Positions 18,507-28,578 of a stretch of DNA of 64,000 nt are shown here, piece by piece (the stretch's first letter is position 1; each line of letters begins with the position of its first letter). A program made the position numbers and the translations under genes. A model generated the notes under the pieces. That model was not told where the DNA came from. It did no database searches and saw only the letters and a program-made list of their open reading frames with translations. This stretch comes from Desulfatiglandales bacterium (lineage in GTDB: Bacteria > Desulfobacterota > DSM-4660 > Desulfatiglandales > Desulfatiglandaceae), in NCBI GenBank assembly GCA_963662465.1, contig OY759599.1, positions 6,112,001 through 6,176,000 on the forward strand, in the 5' to 3' direction.

Positions 18507-18516
18507 GTTATTGTTA

Positions 18517-18593
18517 TGGTGGGCGATGCGCGACTCGAACGCGCGACCTCTGGTTCCGGAGACCAACGCTCTATCCAACTGAGCTAATCGCCC
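18517..18593 (-). tRNA. tRNA-Arg(CCG)
   Basis: GGGCGATTAGCTCAGTTGGATAGAGC..CT-CCG-GA..GTTCGAGTC..ACCA. Confidence 0.95.
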
Positions 18594-18722
18594 TTTGCAA
18601 CCTATTGATACCAGGTTTTTTCCCCAAGGTCAAGAAAAGGGTTGAAAGAAACAGGGCAAATTTGTTCTATTTGTAAACCTTTGATATCAAAACCTTATGA
18701 AGGACACATCAATTCAAACAAA

Positions 18723-19229
18723 TCAATGGATTAGCGTTAGAACAAATTCACCGTGTTGAAAGAAACCCCAGGCATTGAGTTGATTTTCCATTTTTGCCCT
18801 GTGGCTTCCAGGCCAGAAATATCTGCCGCAGGAGGAACAAAACCGGATGGTATTTATGTTTTTGTAGAAGACATATTCCGGAACATTGTCACGCACCACA
18901 TCTTCCGATGTATCCATCAAGGGCACATTACACACGAGGCATCTGCTGAACCACCCGGTATGATGGGGACCGGAGAGATACTCGCTTTTCAGTTGGGCTA
19001 ATTGCTCACCCACATGATTGTCCCGAATAAAAACGGCCCCTTCCAGTAACGGGATCAATTTCAATTGGCGGGTCAACGGTATTCGGCCCTGCTTTGCCAT
19101 TTTATCGATGATGTGAACCTGGCTAAAAGACCGATAATGCGTGTCAAAACCAAGAACCCTGAGCCATTTGGCAAGTCTGCCCAGCATGACGTCCGCAACA
19201 AACCGCACCGGAAATCCCCTTTCGCCCAT
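18723..19229 (-). CDS. Mut7-C RNase domain protein
   Basis: FVADVMLGRLAKWLRVLGFD, RCLVCN, CSSCGRYFWPGSH. Confidence 0.9.
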   Translation of the reverse strand: MGERGFPVRFVADVMLGRLAKWLRVLGFDTHYRSFSQVHIIDKMAKQGRIPLTRQLKLIPLLEGAVFIRDNHVGEQLAQLKSEYLSGPHHTGWFSRCLVCNVPLMDTSEDVVRDNVPEYVFYKNINTIRFCSSCGRYFWPGSHRAKMENQLNAWGFFQHGEFVLTLIH

Positions 19230-19510
19230 TTTGCCATCACGGATAAGAAGGGTATTGAAAGAAATAGACTGGGATCGCAAGCCGCTGTCTCAGCTTGCAT
19301 TATCAGAAAGATTATAGTAGAATTTTTCGCGGATGGGAAGCAAGAATATGGCTCTTTTTTTTTGTGTACTGCGGGATGCCAAATGACCCTCCTGATTTTC
19401 CAAGAAGGATAAGGGGAGGTTCCTTAATAATAACTTCACGAGCGCCACACCGTTGACTACGCCAATGTGACCCACGGTGGCGTGACAATGAAAATTGGAG
19501 GTGAGAAGCC

Positions 19511-20407
19511 ATGGCTTCAAGGGTTGTAACCAAAACCGATTTTAGCGATATTCCTCTTTTGAAACGGGGAAAAGTTCGAGATGTTTACGAAATTGAAGAT
19601 AAACTGCTGATTGTGGCAAGCGATCGCATGAGTGCCTTTGATGTTGTGATGGATGATCCCATTCCCGACAAAGGCAGCATCCTCACGGGGATATCTCTTT
19701 TCTGGTTTGAAAAACTGGCGCCAATGGTGGAAAACCATCTCATTAGCGCATCGCCCTCCGAGTACCCTGAAATCTGTCGTAAATATATTGAACAGCTTGA
19801 ACACCGCAGCATGCTCGTCAAAAGAACAGTGCCATTGCCCGTTGAATGTATTGTCAGAGGATATCTCTCCGGGTCCGGCTGGAAGGAATATACGGCGACC
19901 GGAGGGATTTGCGGCATAGCGCTTCCAAAAGGACTTCGTGAATCAGAAAAGCTGTCGGAACCCATTTTTACCCCCTCCACCAAAGCCGAAGACGGCATGC
20001 ATGACGAAAATATTGATTTTGAAACCACAGTTGGACTTCTAGGCAGGGATATGGCGGAAAACGTTCGTCGTTTAAGCCTCAAGATTTATGAATTCGGAAG
20101 GGACCTGGCGGCCCAGAAAGGGATTATTGTTGCGGACACCAAATTTGAATTCGGTGTCAAAGATGGAAAATTGATCCTTATTGACGAGGTATTAACCCCC
20201 GATTCGTCCCGCTTCTGGCCCATGGATGCCTATGCACCGGGAGGCCCGCAAAAGAGTTTTGACAAGCAATTTCTGCGGGATTATCTGGTCCAAATCAAGT
20301 GGCCCAAAACGCCGCCGCCACCAAAGTTACCCAAGGAAATCATCGATAAAACAAGAGAAAAATATCTGGATGCATTGGAACGGTTAACCGGCCATGGTCT
20401 GCAATAA
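19511..20407 (+). CDS. purC: SAICAR synthetase
   Basis: [46 protein letters not shown]. Confidence 0.97.
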   Translation: MASRVVTKTDFSDIPLLKRGKVRDVYEIEDKLLIVASDRMSAFDVVMDDPIPDKGSILTGISLFWFEKLAPMVENHLISASPSEYPEICRKYIEQLEHRSMLVKRTVPLPVECIVRGYLSGSGWKEYTATGGICGIALPKGLRESEKLSEPIFTPSTKAEDGMHDENIDFETTVGLLGRDMAENVRRLSLKIYEFGRDLAAQKGIIVADTKFEFGVKDGKLILIDEVLTPDSSRFWPMDAYAPGGPQKSFDKQFLRDYLVQIKWPKTPPPPKLPKEIIDKTREKYLDALERLTGHGLQ

Positions 20408-20489
20408 AGATTCCTGGTGAAAAGAGCAAATCGAAGAATTCGAGATTGGTATTTTCACCCGGTTACACGTGGTTTCCAGAAAACGGTGT

Positions 20490-20513
20490 TTTCACGTTAA
20501 ACCGCGTTGAGCC
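20490..20513 (-). repeat. Solo IS/MITE terminal repeat
   Basis: 21/24 identical to the MITE right end at 51154-51177. Confidence 0.55.
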
Positions 20514-20652
20514 TAATTTTCCATTTAAGAATGAATCCCCAGGGAAAGATGTTGGGGGTTTAATTCTAAATTATCAAATAACATGGCTTTCCAGTTGGTA
20601 ATCCCTTTCCTTCTATTTCCCCTTTTCTCGCCCTGAAGGTACTTGGCCAGCT

Positions 20653-20853
20653 TCACAGTTCTAAGCGCGAAAGCGAACGACTTATGCCAAAGGGGACCTT
20701 TGGGGAATTGAGAGTTGAGAGTTGTAAGTTTTCTTTGTCTTTCATTCTCAACTCTCCCCTTATCTCCTCTTCAATCTCTTCCATGGTCGGCATTGCTCCC
20801 TTCAACTCATCCGGAAGGACTTCGGTCAGCGTAAATTCACTGACGCCCATAGG
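20653..20853 (-). pseudogene. C-terminal fragment of a DUF1016/YhcG-like protein
   Basis: PMGVSEFTLTEVLPDELKGAMPTMEEIEEE. Confidence 0.6.
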
Positions 20854-20854
20854 T

Positions 20855-21022
20855 ATCGACAACGAGCAGGTGAATATGGTTTGAAGTCACCAGTTCAAAA
20901 GCGTTAATCCATATCGCTTCCGGGCATGATAAAGCCATTGTAAATAACGATGACGGTCTTTAGAAAATTTGAGGAGAAATTCTCGCTTATGGCACCGGTG
21001 CGTGATATACCAAACGTACCCC
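20855..21022 (-). pseudogene. Fragment of an HUH Y1 (RAYT/IS200-like) transposase
   Basis: GYVWYITHRCHKREFLLKFSKDRHRYLQWL...YGLTLLN/VTSNHIHLLVVD with a frameshift; not in the ORF track. Confidence 0.75.
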
Positions 21023-21327
21023 AAATTTGCACTTGTTCCGTTTCAAGCATTATAGGTGCATGACCATGAAACTGGAGATTACTAGAAAAAAAGATTTTGT
21101 TTCCTCGTCACCTCCTTTCTGTGAAAATTCGGACAGAGACAACATAAAAGGTCAACTCTTTTTCCCTCTACGGAAATGAGCTTAAAAAATTAGGAAAAGT
21201 AGGGGTAAGCACTCTGCTACCCAAATGAAACAACCTCAAAATCTTGGGGTAGTAGATGAATGATCTGTCACGCATCAAGTCCGTTTTTCGCATTCGATTT
21301 CCTGCCTTACTTGTTCTTGCCGAGGGG

Positions 21328-21350
21328 GCACAACATATATTGTACGGAAA
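21328..21350 (-). other. Candidate attI site
   Basis: Minus strand TTTCCGTACAATATAT-GTTGTGC, ~200 bp upstream of and divergent from intI. Confidence 0.4.
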
Positions 21351-21541
21351 AAATATATTACCGATAACTGCTGTAAAAAATTATCCCATTATATCAATAA
21401 CCTAATACATAGGCCTCAGTCCTTTCAAGAAAATAGTTAACAAAATAAAAAGGTTATGATAAACTTTCTCCTGATAATATAATAATTCCGCATAGTATAA
21501 AGCGTAAACCATAGGCTAACCAATTGAACTGGATAAGCTTT

Positions 21542-22738
21542 ATGAATAAAAAAAGTCAAGACAACTCGATGGCTGTTCAAAGGTTTTGGGATGCGTTTAA
21601 GGCCTGTGTGGAGGAGAACCGGGTGAGGTCTGACCGTTCGACTTTTTATGTCAAATGGGCGCAGGCCTTTGTTAATTTCCTGCCTGGAAAACGATTGCGT
21701 GAACGCTCCCGGCAGGATATTGAGGGTTTCCTTGCTGAGCTGGCCAAACGCCCCGCCGTTAAGGACTGGCAGGTGAGGCAAGCTGAGCATGCCGTGAAGA
21801 TTCTTTATGAGACGTTCCTTCCCGGTTATTCTCCGGAAACCGCGGCTAACCCGGCGGTAAAGATGGAAGAAAAGAAAACTGCCGCATGTTTTCCTGTCAA
21901 GAGGGCAGGGCGCTTCCGCGACCGGGTGGTTCCCGGTGAGGTTGAACGGCTTTTCGCTCCCTTGATAGATGCACTGAAGGCCGAGATTCGCAGCCGCCAT
22001 TACTCGATCCGTACGGAGACGGCCTATGCGGACTGGGTCAGGCGTTTCATCGCTTTTCAGGAATATGCCGACCCGAGGCGGATCGATGCGACCGCCGCAG
22101 TGAAAGATTATCTGGAATACCTTGCGATAGTGAGGGAGGTGGCCGCCAGCACCCAGAACCAAGTGCTCAATGCACTGGTGTTTTTTTATGCGCATGCATT
22201 GAAAATGCCCTTCGGAGACATGGGTGGGTTTGTGAGGGCCAAGCGTCCTCAGCGGCTGCCCGAAGTGATGACCCGAGAAGAAGTTCAAGCCCTTCTTAGT
22301 GAGATGGAAGGCGTGAGCGCCCTGATGGCTGGTTTGATGTATGGTGGCGGTTTCCGGCTCATGGAGTGTGTTCGGCTCAGGGTCAAAGACGTTGATTTTG
22401 ACCGCCATCAGATTATGGTGCGTGACGGCAAGGGGCAAAAGGACAGGGTAACCATGCTCCCGGAGCGCTTTGTCCCACCGCTACGAGACCATCTTGCCAG
22501 GGTGAAGGTGATGTATGAAAAGGACCGGGCCAAGGGAATTCCCGGGGTTTTTCTCTGGCCGGCGTTGGCTCGCAAATATCCAAAGGCGGCATCTGAATGG
22601 CGGTGGCAGTACGTATTTCCCGCCAAGGGCCTTTCCGTAGATCCTCGAAGCGGGACTGTCCGATCTTTTGATAGAGAAAAGGTTATGAACTGCCGTGGAG
22701 TCGTAAGCTTTCCGGATCTGATGCGATACAATCCATGA
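21542..22738 (+). pseudogene. intI: Integron integrase, C-terminally truncated after ~22663
   Basis: HYSIRTETAY, YGGGFRLME, GKGQKDR, integron-specific ALARKYP..WQYVFP..DPRSG; lacks HxxR and the catalytic Tyr. Confidence 0.88.
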
Positions 22739-22820
22739 TGACGAAGGGAGCGTTGACCGTTACGTCCTTCCACGGAAGAACCGGCATGGCGGCACCCGTG
22801 GGAAATGGAGTCAAAGCCCT

Positions 22821-24644
22821 TTGAAGCCAATCTTCTTTATCTTTTCCCTGGCGATTGTGGCGGGGCTTCTGATCTTTAAGGAAAACCGCATAGAGCGCCC
22901 TGAAACGTTTTACGGGGAAGGGTGCCTGTTTTGTCACAACACCATGTCGGATTCCGACCGTTCCCATCCGGTATCTGCTTTTGGATGCAGTTCCTGCCAT
23001 ATGGGCAATGCCTATTCTCTGGACGAAAAAAGGGCGCATGCCACCCTGATTAAAAACCCGGGAGATCTTCGGGTGGTCGAATCGACCTGCGGCAAAACCG
23101 GTTGTCACGGAGAGATCGTAGGGCGCGTAAAAAAAAGCCTTATGGCCACCAACAGGGGGATTCTTAAAATTATTCAGGATGAATGGGGAAACAAACAAAA
23201 GGAGTCCCCTGTGTCGGCAATGCCTTTAGGCGTGAAGGATCTATATGGAAGGTATTCACCGCAAAATCTCCCCCTGGATCTTTACCGCAAAATGTGCGGC
23301 GGGTGTCATTTATGGAAAGAGAAGGAGGATCAAAAAGGCGAGGTGGGCAAAAGGGGCGGCGGATGCAGCGATTGTCACGTGGTGGATGAGGACAAGGTGA
23401 AAGGTCCAAAAGGTCTCCTGATCCACCACCCCCGGATGACCACAAGAATCCCTTCGGAAAACTGCGTCAAATGCCATAACCGATCCGAGAGGATCGGATT
23501 ATCCTATTTCGGGAAATTTGAGTCGGCAGGGTATGGTACGCCCTATGAGGGCGACGGGTTGAGCAGCAGGCGGCTTTCGGGCAGGCGTTTCTTCCTTGAT
23601 CTTCCGGCGGATGTCCATTTTCACCAGGGAAAAATGGTCTGCATCGATTGCCATACAGCAGTTGGGTTGATGGGAGACGGCCATCGGTATGACAGGATGG
23701 CGGATCAGGTGGACATTACCTGTGAGGCATGCCATTCGCCTCGGTTTGAGGCGAGCCCGACTCCCGGATCCCTGACCCTGGCAAACCGGTTGGGCTTTCT
23801 GAACGGAAAAATACCTGATCCTGAAAAAAGCCCCATTGGTTTTACCCGAAAAGGAACCCCCCTTTACAATCTCCAAAAGGTTGATGGCAAACCCGTTTTT
23901 TACCGGAAAATGGATGGCAGACCTTTGAAAATGCAGCTAAATACTGATTTAAAAAAAGCCCATCACAACCTGAAAGGTCATGAACGGCTTTCCTGCCAGG
24001 CTTGCCACAGCGCCTGGATCCCCCAGTGTTATGGATGCCATTTGACCTACCGAAAATCAGAGTCGCAGAAAGACTGGATCAGCGGGAAGAAAACGCTTGG
24101 CCACTGGAAAGAGGCCCGTTCCTATTTGCGGTTTGATAAGCCCACCCTGGGACCTCGGGGTGATGGCCGCATTTATCCCCTCTCTCCCTGCCAGGTGTTT
24201 TTTTCCGCCTTTGGCGACGGCGGTCAATTTTTAAAGGCCCAATCCTTTATAAACCTCAACCTGTCGGCATTTGATCCTCATACCACGCAAAAAAGATCAC
24301 GCACCTGCATCGATTGCCACACAGACCCCAAAACCATCGGACTGGGTGAGGGCATTCTTCACCAAAACGGGAGTAAGCGAATCTTTCGGCCTACGCACGA
24401 TGCCGCAGCCGACGGACTGGATCTCAATTTTCCACTGGATGGTTTGGTAAACCTGGAAGGAAAACCCCTTCAAGGGGGGGCAAAAAACGGTGTCAGGCCC
24501 TTTAACCTGAAGGAAATCGATCGAATCCTCTGGGTGGCGCCCTGTCTGGGATGCCACAGCGCCTATGAGGACGGGATTTACCATGATTTCCAGAAATCCA
24601 TGAACCGGTTTGAAACGGAGCAGGGATTGCTATGTTTGAAGTAA
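22821..24644 (+). CDS. Multiheme cytochrome c (11 CxxCH plus one CX4CH)
   Basis: Motif count; N-terminal hydrophobic anchor. Confidence 0.9.
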   Translation: MKPIFFIFSLAIVAGLLIFKENRIERPETFYGEGCLFCHNTMSDSDRSHPVSAFGCSSCHMGNAYSLDEKRAHATLIKNPGDLRVVESTCGKTGCHGEIVGRVKKSLMATNRGILKIIQDEWGNKQKESPVSAMPLGVKDLYGRYSPQNLPLDLYRKMCGGCHLWKEKEDQKGEVGKRGGGCSDCHVVDEDKVKGPKGLLIHHPRMTTRIPSENCVKCHNRSERIGLSYFGKFESAGYGTPYEGDGLSSRRLSGRRFFLDLPADVHFHQGKMVCIDCHTAVGLMGDGHRYDRMADQVDITCEACHSPRFEASPTPGSLTLANRLGFLNGKIPDPEKSPIGFTRKGTPLYNLQKVDGKPVFYRKMDGRPLKMQLNTDLKKAHHNLKGHERLSCQACHSAWIPQCYGCHLTYRKSESQKDWISGKKTLGHWKEARSYLRFDKPTLGPRGDGRIYPLSPCQVFFSAFGDGGQFLKAQSFINLNLSAFDPHTTQKRSRTCIDCHTDPKTIGLGEGILHQNGSKRIFRPTHDAAADGLDLNFPLDGLVNLEGKPLQGGAKNGVRPFNLKEIDRILWVAPCLGCHSAYEDGIYHDFQKSMNRFETEQGLLCLK

Positions 24645-26416
24645 GCCTACGCATGGTTCTGTTTTTTTTCAGACGTTGTCCGGTGGTGGCTATGTGCTTC
24701 TGCTTTCTGTTGGCGCCGCCTCTAAAAAACATTTCCGCATCGGAAGAAGGTTTAAAAAAACGCGACTTTAGAAACTGTACCGCGTGTCACGAGGGAATCG
24801 AGGTTATCAGTCCCAATCATCCCTTCGCCTGTGCCGCATGTCATTTGTTTCCGAAGGATCGGCAAGACAAACCCCTCAACAATCACCAGGCCATTGTGCG
24901 CAACCCTTCCGATCCCTTGATTGTGCGTCAGTTCTGCTTTCCCTGCCACAAAAAGGAAGTCGTAAAACTCGAACATTCTTTGCACGGGTCTATGGCCGGC
25001 ATCATCAACCAGACGCGATTTTTATGGGGCGCTCAGGAAACGGCCGCACCGGCGATCTATGGCATTAAAGGCCCCTTTAAACCGCTTCCGGCCCCTGACA
25101 TTTCCCACGTCCCTGAAACGCCGGAAAACCTCGTGGACGATTTTCTGCGAAGGCGTTGCCTGAGATGCCACATCCATACCCGGGGGCCCGGGGGTCCCGG
25201 TCTTTACCGCGCCACCGGGTGCGCCGCATGTCACATGCCCTATCGTGATGATGGCTGTTACCGGGGAAAGGATGCCGCCATTTCAAAATCAAAGGCCGGA
25301 TATCCACTCAAGCACACGTGGACGAAACGGATTCCCGACGAACAGTGTCTCCACTGTCACCGCCAAAACCATGTGGGCGCTGACTATCACGGACTTTTTG
25401 AGCATGATTACCACAACGTTTTCCGGTTGCCCCCGATTCAAGGGAAGCTGAAACCCATAACCCATGGATTGGATTATCACCATCTGGCTGAGGACGTGCA
25501 TGCTGAAAGGGGTCTCTGGTGTATCGATTGCCACACGCAAACGGATGTCATGGGAAACGGGATTTCCTATAGCTATGAAATGGAAGTGCCAAAACGTTCC
25601 TGCGAGGATTGTCACGGGGGTTTTGGCAGCCATTTGCCCAACCGATCCATTGGCGCCATTACCGAGGAACCCGGCGGGTTTTATTTTGTTTCAAAGGATT
25701 CCGGCAGGAAACATCCGCTGCCGTTGTTTTCTCCTACCTCCGCCGCCCACCGTATCGCCGCCCACAAAAGCGTTCGTTGCAGCGCCTGTCATGCTCAGTG
25801 GTCCTTCCAGGATTATGGTTTGAGCGTTATGCGTGAAGAGATCATTCAGGACTACAAATGGATGGATCTAACGGCTCAGGGAGACCGGAAAATCGAAAAG
25901 GAACTGAAAAAGCACGTTGAAAATGATGTGATCGGTTATCCGGAGTCAATGGACTATCTATCAGGGGGAAAAAAACCGGGGATATGGTCCATGGGCTGGA
26001 GATTCAGGCGGTGGGAACCCATGCCCCTGGGAGTGGATCATACGGGACGCTTTGCCATTCTGAGGCCCCGCTATCAATATCTGATTTCCACCGTAAATCG
26101 CCTGGGCCATGTGTCTCTTGACAGCATCAGTCCTAAAAGAGGGGACGGAAGCGGACAGGGATGGGCATACATGCCCTACGTCCCCCATACCATCGCCCCT
26201 TTCGGGCAAAAGTGCCTTTCCTGCCACCAGAACCGGATTGCAGCGGGATTGGGTCCGGTGGAAACGCCAACCATGGATACCGGCCTGACCCTTCCGTCTC
26301 TACCGGCAGTTAAAACCATGCGCTTGTTGAACCCCGAAGAACGGAAGCGTTTGTCTCAGCCTGGGGCAAACTGGCACAGGGAAAGGTTGAGAACCTTGAG
26401 GGATGACCCTGAATGA
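24632..26416 (+). CDS. Multiheme cytochrome c (10 CxxCH)
   Basis: Motif count; signal-like N-terminus; overlaps the upstream gene. Confidence 0.9.
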   Translation: MFEVSLRMVLFFFRRCPVVAMCFCFLLAPPLKNISASEEGLKKRDFRNCTACHEGIEVISPNHPFACAACHLFPKDRQDKPLNNHQAIVRNPSDPLIVRQFCFPCHKKEVVKLEHSLHGSMAGIINQTRFLWGAQETAAPAIYGIKGPFKPLPAPDISHVPETPENLVDDFLRRRCLRCHIHTRGPGGPGLYRATGCAACHMPYRDDGCYRGKDAAISKSKAGYPLKHTWTKRIPDEQCLHCHRQNHVGADYHGLFEHDYHNVFRLPPIQGKLKPITHGLDYHHLAEDVHAERGLWCIDCHTQTDVMGNGISYSYEMEVPKRSCEDCHGGFGSHLPNRSIGAITEEPGGFYFVSKDSGRKHPLPLFSPTSAAHRIAAHKSVRCSACHAQWSFQDYGLSVMREEIIQDYKWMDLTAQGDRKIEKELKKHVENDVIGYPESMDYLSGGKKPGIWSMGWRFRRWEPMPLGVDHTGRFAILRPRYQYLISTVNRLGHVSLDSISPKRGDGSGQGWAYMPYVPHTIAPFGQKCLSCHQNRIAAGLGPVETPTMDTGLTLPSLPAVKTMRLLNPEERKRLSQPGANWHRERLRTLRDDPE

Positions 26417-26450
26417 AAGTTTTCCCCGAAAAAATTTCCCTGAAAAAACA

Positions 26451-27365
26451 TTAGTAGGAAAGCTGGAAGTGTAAATTTTTCCCTTCCCGGTTAATCTGAA
26501 CGTTGGCGCCGGCGGATAAGATATTCAGGTTGAGCCTACATTCCTGATCGTCGTAGTCGTCCGTTATATAACCCTGGGAAGAGACGTCTTGTACATTCTC
26601 CCATCCTGCCCCCGCCAATTCAACAGGCCGGTTCTCCGGATGGTGAACAACCCGGGCGCCCGCTGTCGCGGGCAAGCTGATTCTTGCGCCGCTGCCGGTC
26701 AGGTTAAAATCCGCATTGTAATCACCAGCCGGGTAAGCGCCTTTAAAATCGAGATCAACGCTACTCCCAACGGTGTTTAATCGAAACTTTTCAAAATTGG
26801 TATTTCCAATGTTGTCGAATGTAAAGAAACTGCCCTCACATGATAACGCCAGGTTTTGCACACTGAAAAGCGTGGGAGAGCTGAAATCCAGGGTTGCGCT
26901 TGCGCCTTTTAAATTCAAGATAAGGGTTCCCAGGGGCATTCCCCCTAAATCCATTTTTGTTTGAACCCCGCTCAACTCCAGGAGCAGATTGGTTTCCAGG
27001 TCATATCTTCCGATTTGAATCTCCCAATCGTGCAAGGGATTCGCCATATCCGGCACCGAAACATCGCCCGATGAAAAACCCACCGAAAAGGCGCTCCCCG
27101 AAAAACTTTCAGCGACTATGGGGGCAAGCGCCTGACTGTCGTATCTAACCAGAACCTTCACAATGAAGGTGGTATCCTCGGACAGGGTGAATGTAACCCT
27201 GGCATTACTGATGTTGAAACGCAAATTCAACTGATCGGCGCCGTCGGAAAGGATGGGATCAGGCCGTACCACAAATTCCTGCTCGTAAGGGGCCGCATGA
27301 ATAAAAGAGCCGTTAAGAAGGAGGCAACTCATAAACAGACCCATGATGATGGTGATTTTTCTCAT
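26451..27365 (-). CDS. Exported beta-rich hypothetical protein
   Basis: Signal peptide ending IHA; repeated beta-strand pattern. Confidence 0.7.
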   Translation of the reverse strand: MRKITIIMGLFMSCLLLNGSFIHAAPYEQEFVVRPDPILSDGADQLNLRFNISNARVTFTLSEDTTFIVKVLVRYDSQALAPIVAESFSGSAFSVGFSSGDVSVPDMANPLHDWEIQIGRYDLETNLLLELSGVQTKMDLGGMPLGTLILNLKGASATLDFSSPTLFSVQNLALSCEGSFFTFDNIGNTNFEKFRLNTVGSSVDLDFKGAYPAGDYNADFNLTGSGARISLPATAGARVVHHPENRPVELAGAGWENVQDVSSQGYITDDYDDQECRLNLNILSAGANVQINREGKNLHFQLSY

Positions 27366-27420
27366 AAGCACAACACACAGTGGTTTGAAACGGGAAGGAA
27401 GAACTCTATGGGGTGTAAAA

Positions 27421-27494
27421 TGGCTGGGGGACGAGGATTCGAACCTCGGTCAATGGGACCAGAACCCACCGTATTGCCCCTATACGATCCCCCA
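27421..27494 (-). tRNA. tRNA-Gln(CTG)
   Basis: TGGGGGATCGTATAGGGGCAATACG-GTGGG-TT-CTG-GT-CCCAT..GGTTCGAATCC..GCCA. Confidence 0.92.
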
Positions 27495-27580
27495 GCGGAA
27501 AAAACCTTTTTACCATGTTTTTCGGAAAAGTCAAGCCAAAAAAATCGGTAAATAAAAATCCCCGAGGCTTGAAAACTGAC

Positions 27581-28567
27581 CTATGGGCTCACCTTCCAGC
27601 ACCTCACCCAGTGGTCGTCGTTAAAACGGGTAAACGGAATGTCTTCTGCCCTGCACCTTTCTTCCACCCTGGGACATCTTCCCTGAAATTTACACCCCGG
27701 CGGCGGATCCAGAGGGCTCGGGACATCTCCGCCAAGGGGTGTAAATGCCGTAGTGCGATTGACGTCAATTTTCGGAATAGCGGAAAGAAGAGCGAGGGTG
27801 TAGGGGTGAAGGGGGGTTTCAAAAAGATCATCGGTTTTGGCGTACTCCATGATGTGCCCCAGGTACATGACGGCCACCCGGTCGCTCAGATAGCCCACCA
27901 CATTGAGATCATGGGAAATAAAGAGATAGCTGAGATCCAATTGTTCCTGAAGGTCTTTCAGCAGATTGATGATCTGGGCCTGTATGGACACATCCAGGGC
28001 CGAAACCGGTTCATCGCAGACAATCAGGGAGGGGTTTACACTCAGAGACCGGGCAACCCCCACCCGCTGGCGTTGGCCTCCGCTGAATTCATGGGGAAAT
28101 CGGTCTGCGCTGCCGGGCCAGATGCCCACCATTTCCAGTAATTCATCTCGCCGGTTTTTTCGCATGCCCCGTGAAAGGCCTATGCAACGAAGTCCCTCGT
28201 CAATGGTCTGGCCAATGGTCATTCGAGGATTGAGAGAGCCATAGGGATCCTGAAAGATAATCTGGATTTCTTTCCTGAAGGGCTGTATTTCTTTTGCGGA
28301 AAGGCGGCTGATGTCTCGACCCTTGTAGATAATTTTTCCGGTGTCGGATTCCAGCAGTTTGAGTATCAGACGCCCTACCGTTGACTTGCCGCATCCGCTT
28401 TCACCCACAAGCCCCAGACTTTTCCCCGGTTCAATTTCAAAGTCCACCCCGTCCACGGCTTTGACCTGGGCTGTGACCCGCTGAAAAAAACCCCTGGTTA
28501 CGGGAAAGTATTTTTTGAGACCTTCCACTTTCAGGGTCAATGAATTGTTCTTGCCTGTTTCCGTCAT
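27581..28567 (-). CDS. Peptide ABC transporter ATPase (OppF/DppF-like)
   Basis: GESGCGKS, FSGGQRQR, CDEPVSALD, HPYT. Confidence 0.93.
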   Translation of the reverse strand: MTETGKNNSLTLKVEGLKKYFPVTRGFFQRVTAQVKAVDGVDFEIEPGKSLGLVGESGCGKSTVGRLILKLLESDTGKIIYKGRDISRLSAKEIQPFRKEIQIIFQDPYGSLNPRMTIGQTIDEGLRCIGLSRGMRKNRRDELLEMVGIWPGSADRFPHEFSGGQRQRVGVARSLSVNPSLIVCDEPVSALDVSIQAQIINLLKDLQEQLDLSYLFISHDLNVVGYLSDRVAVMYLGHIMEYAKTDDLFETPLHPYTLALLSAIPKIDVNRTTAFTPLGGDVPSPLDPPPGCKFQGRCPRVEERCRAEDIPFTRFNDDHWVRCWKVSP

Positions 28568-28578
28568 TATTTATTTCT

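Larger units (their letters stand above)
6500..18516. mobile_element. Decayed integrative element (satellite/PICI-like) at the 3' end of tRNA-Arg; left boundary approximate
   Basis: Tyrosine integrase, ORF6N, AlpA-like HTH, primase and DUF3987 fragments; arm-type repeats beside the tRNA; no structural genes. Confidence 0.75.

Noticed and set aside
19437..19484. Hairpin upstream of purC as a purine/ZTP riboswitch
   Set aside because: A stem is present, but I see no riboswitch consensus nucleotides
20410..21330. attC sites or intact gene cassettes
   Set aside because: No convincing RYYYAAC...GTTRRRY palindromes were found by eye
21437..22438. 333-aa minus-strand ORF
   Set aside because: Antisense shadow of intI
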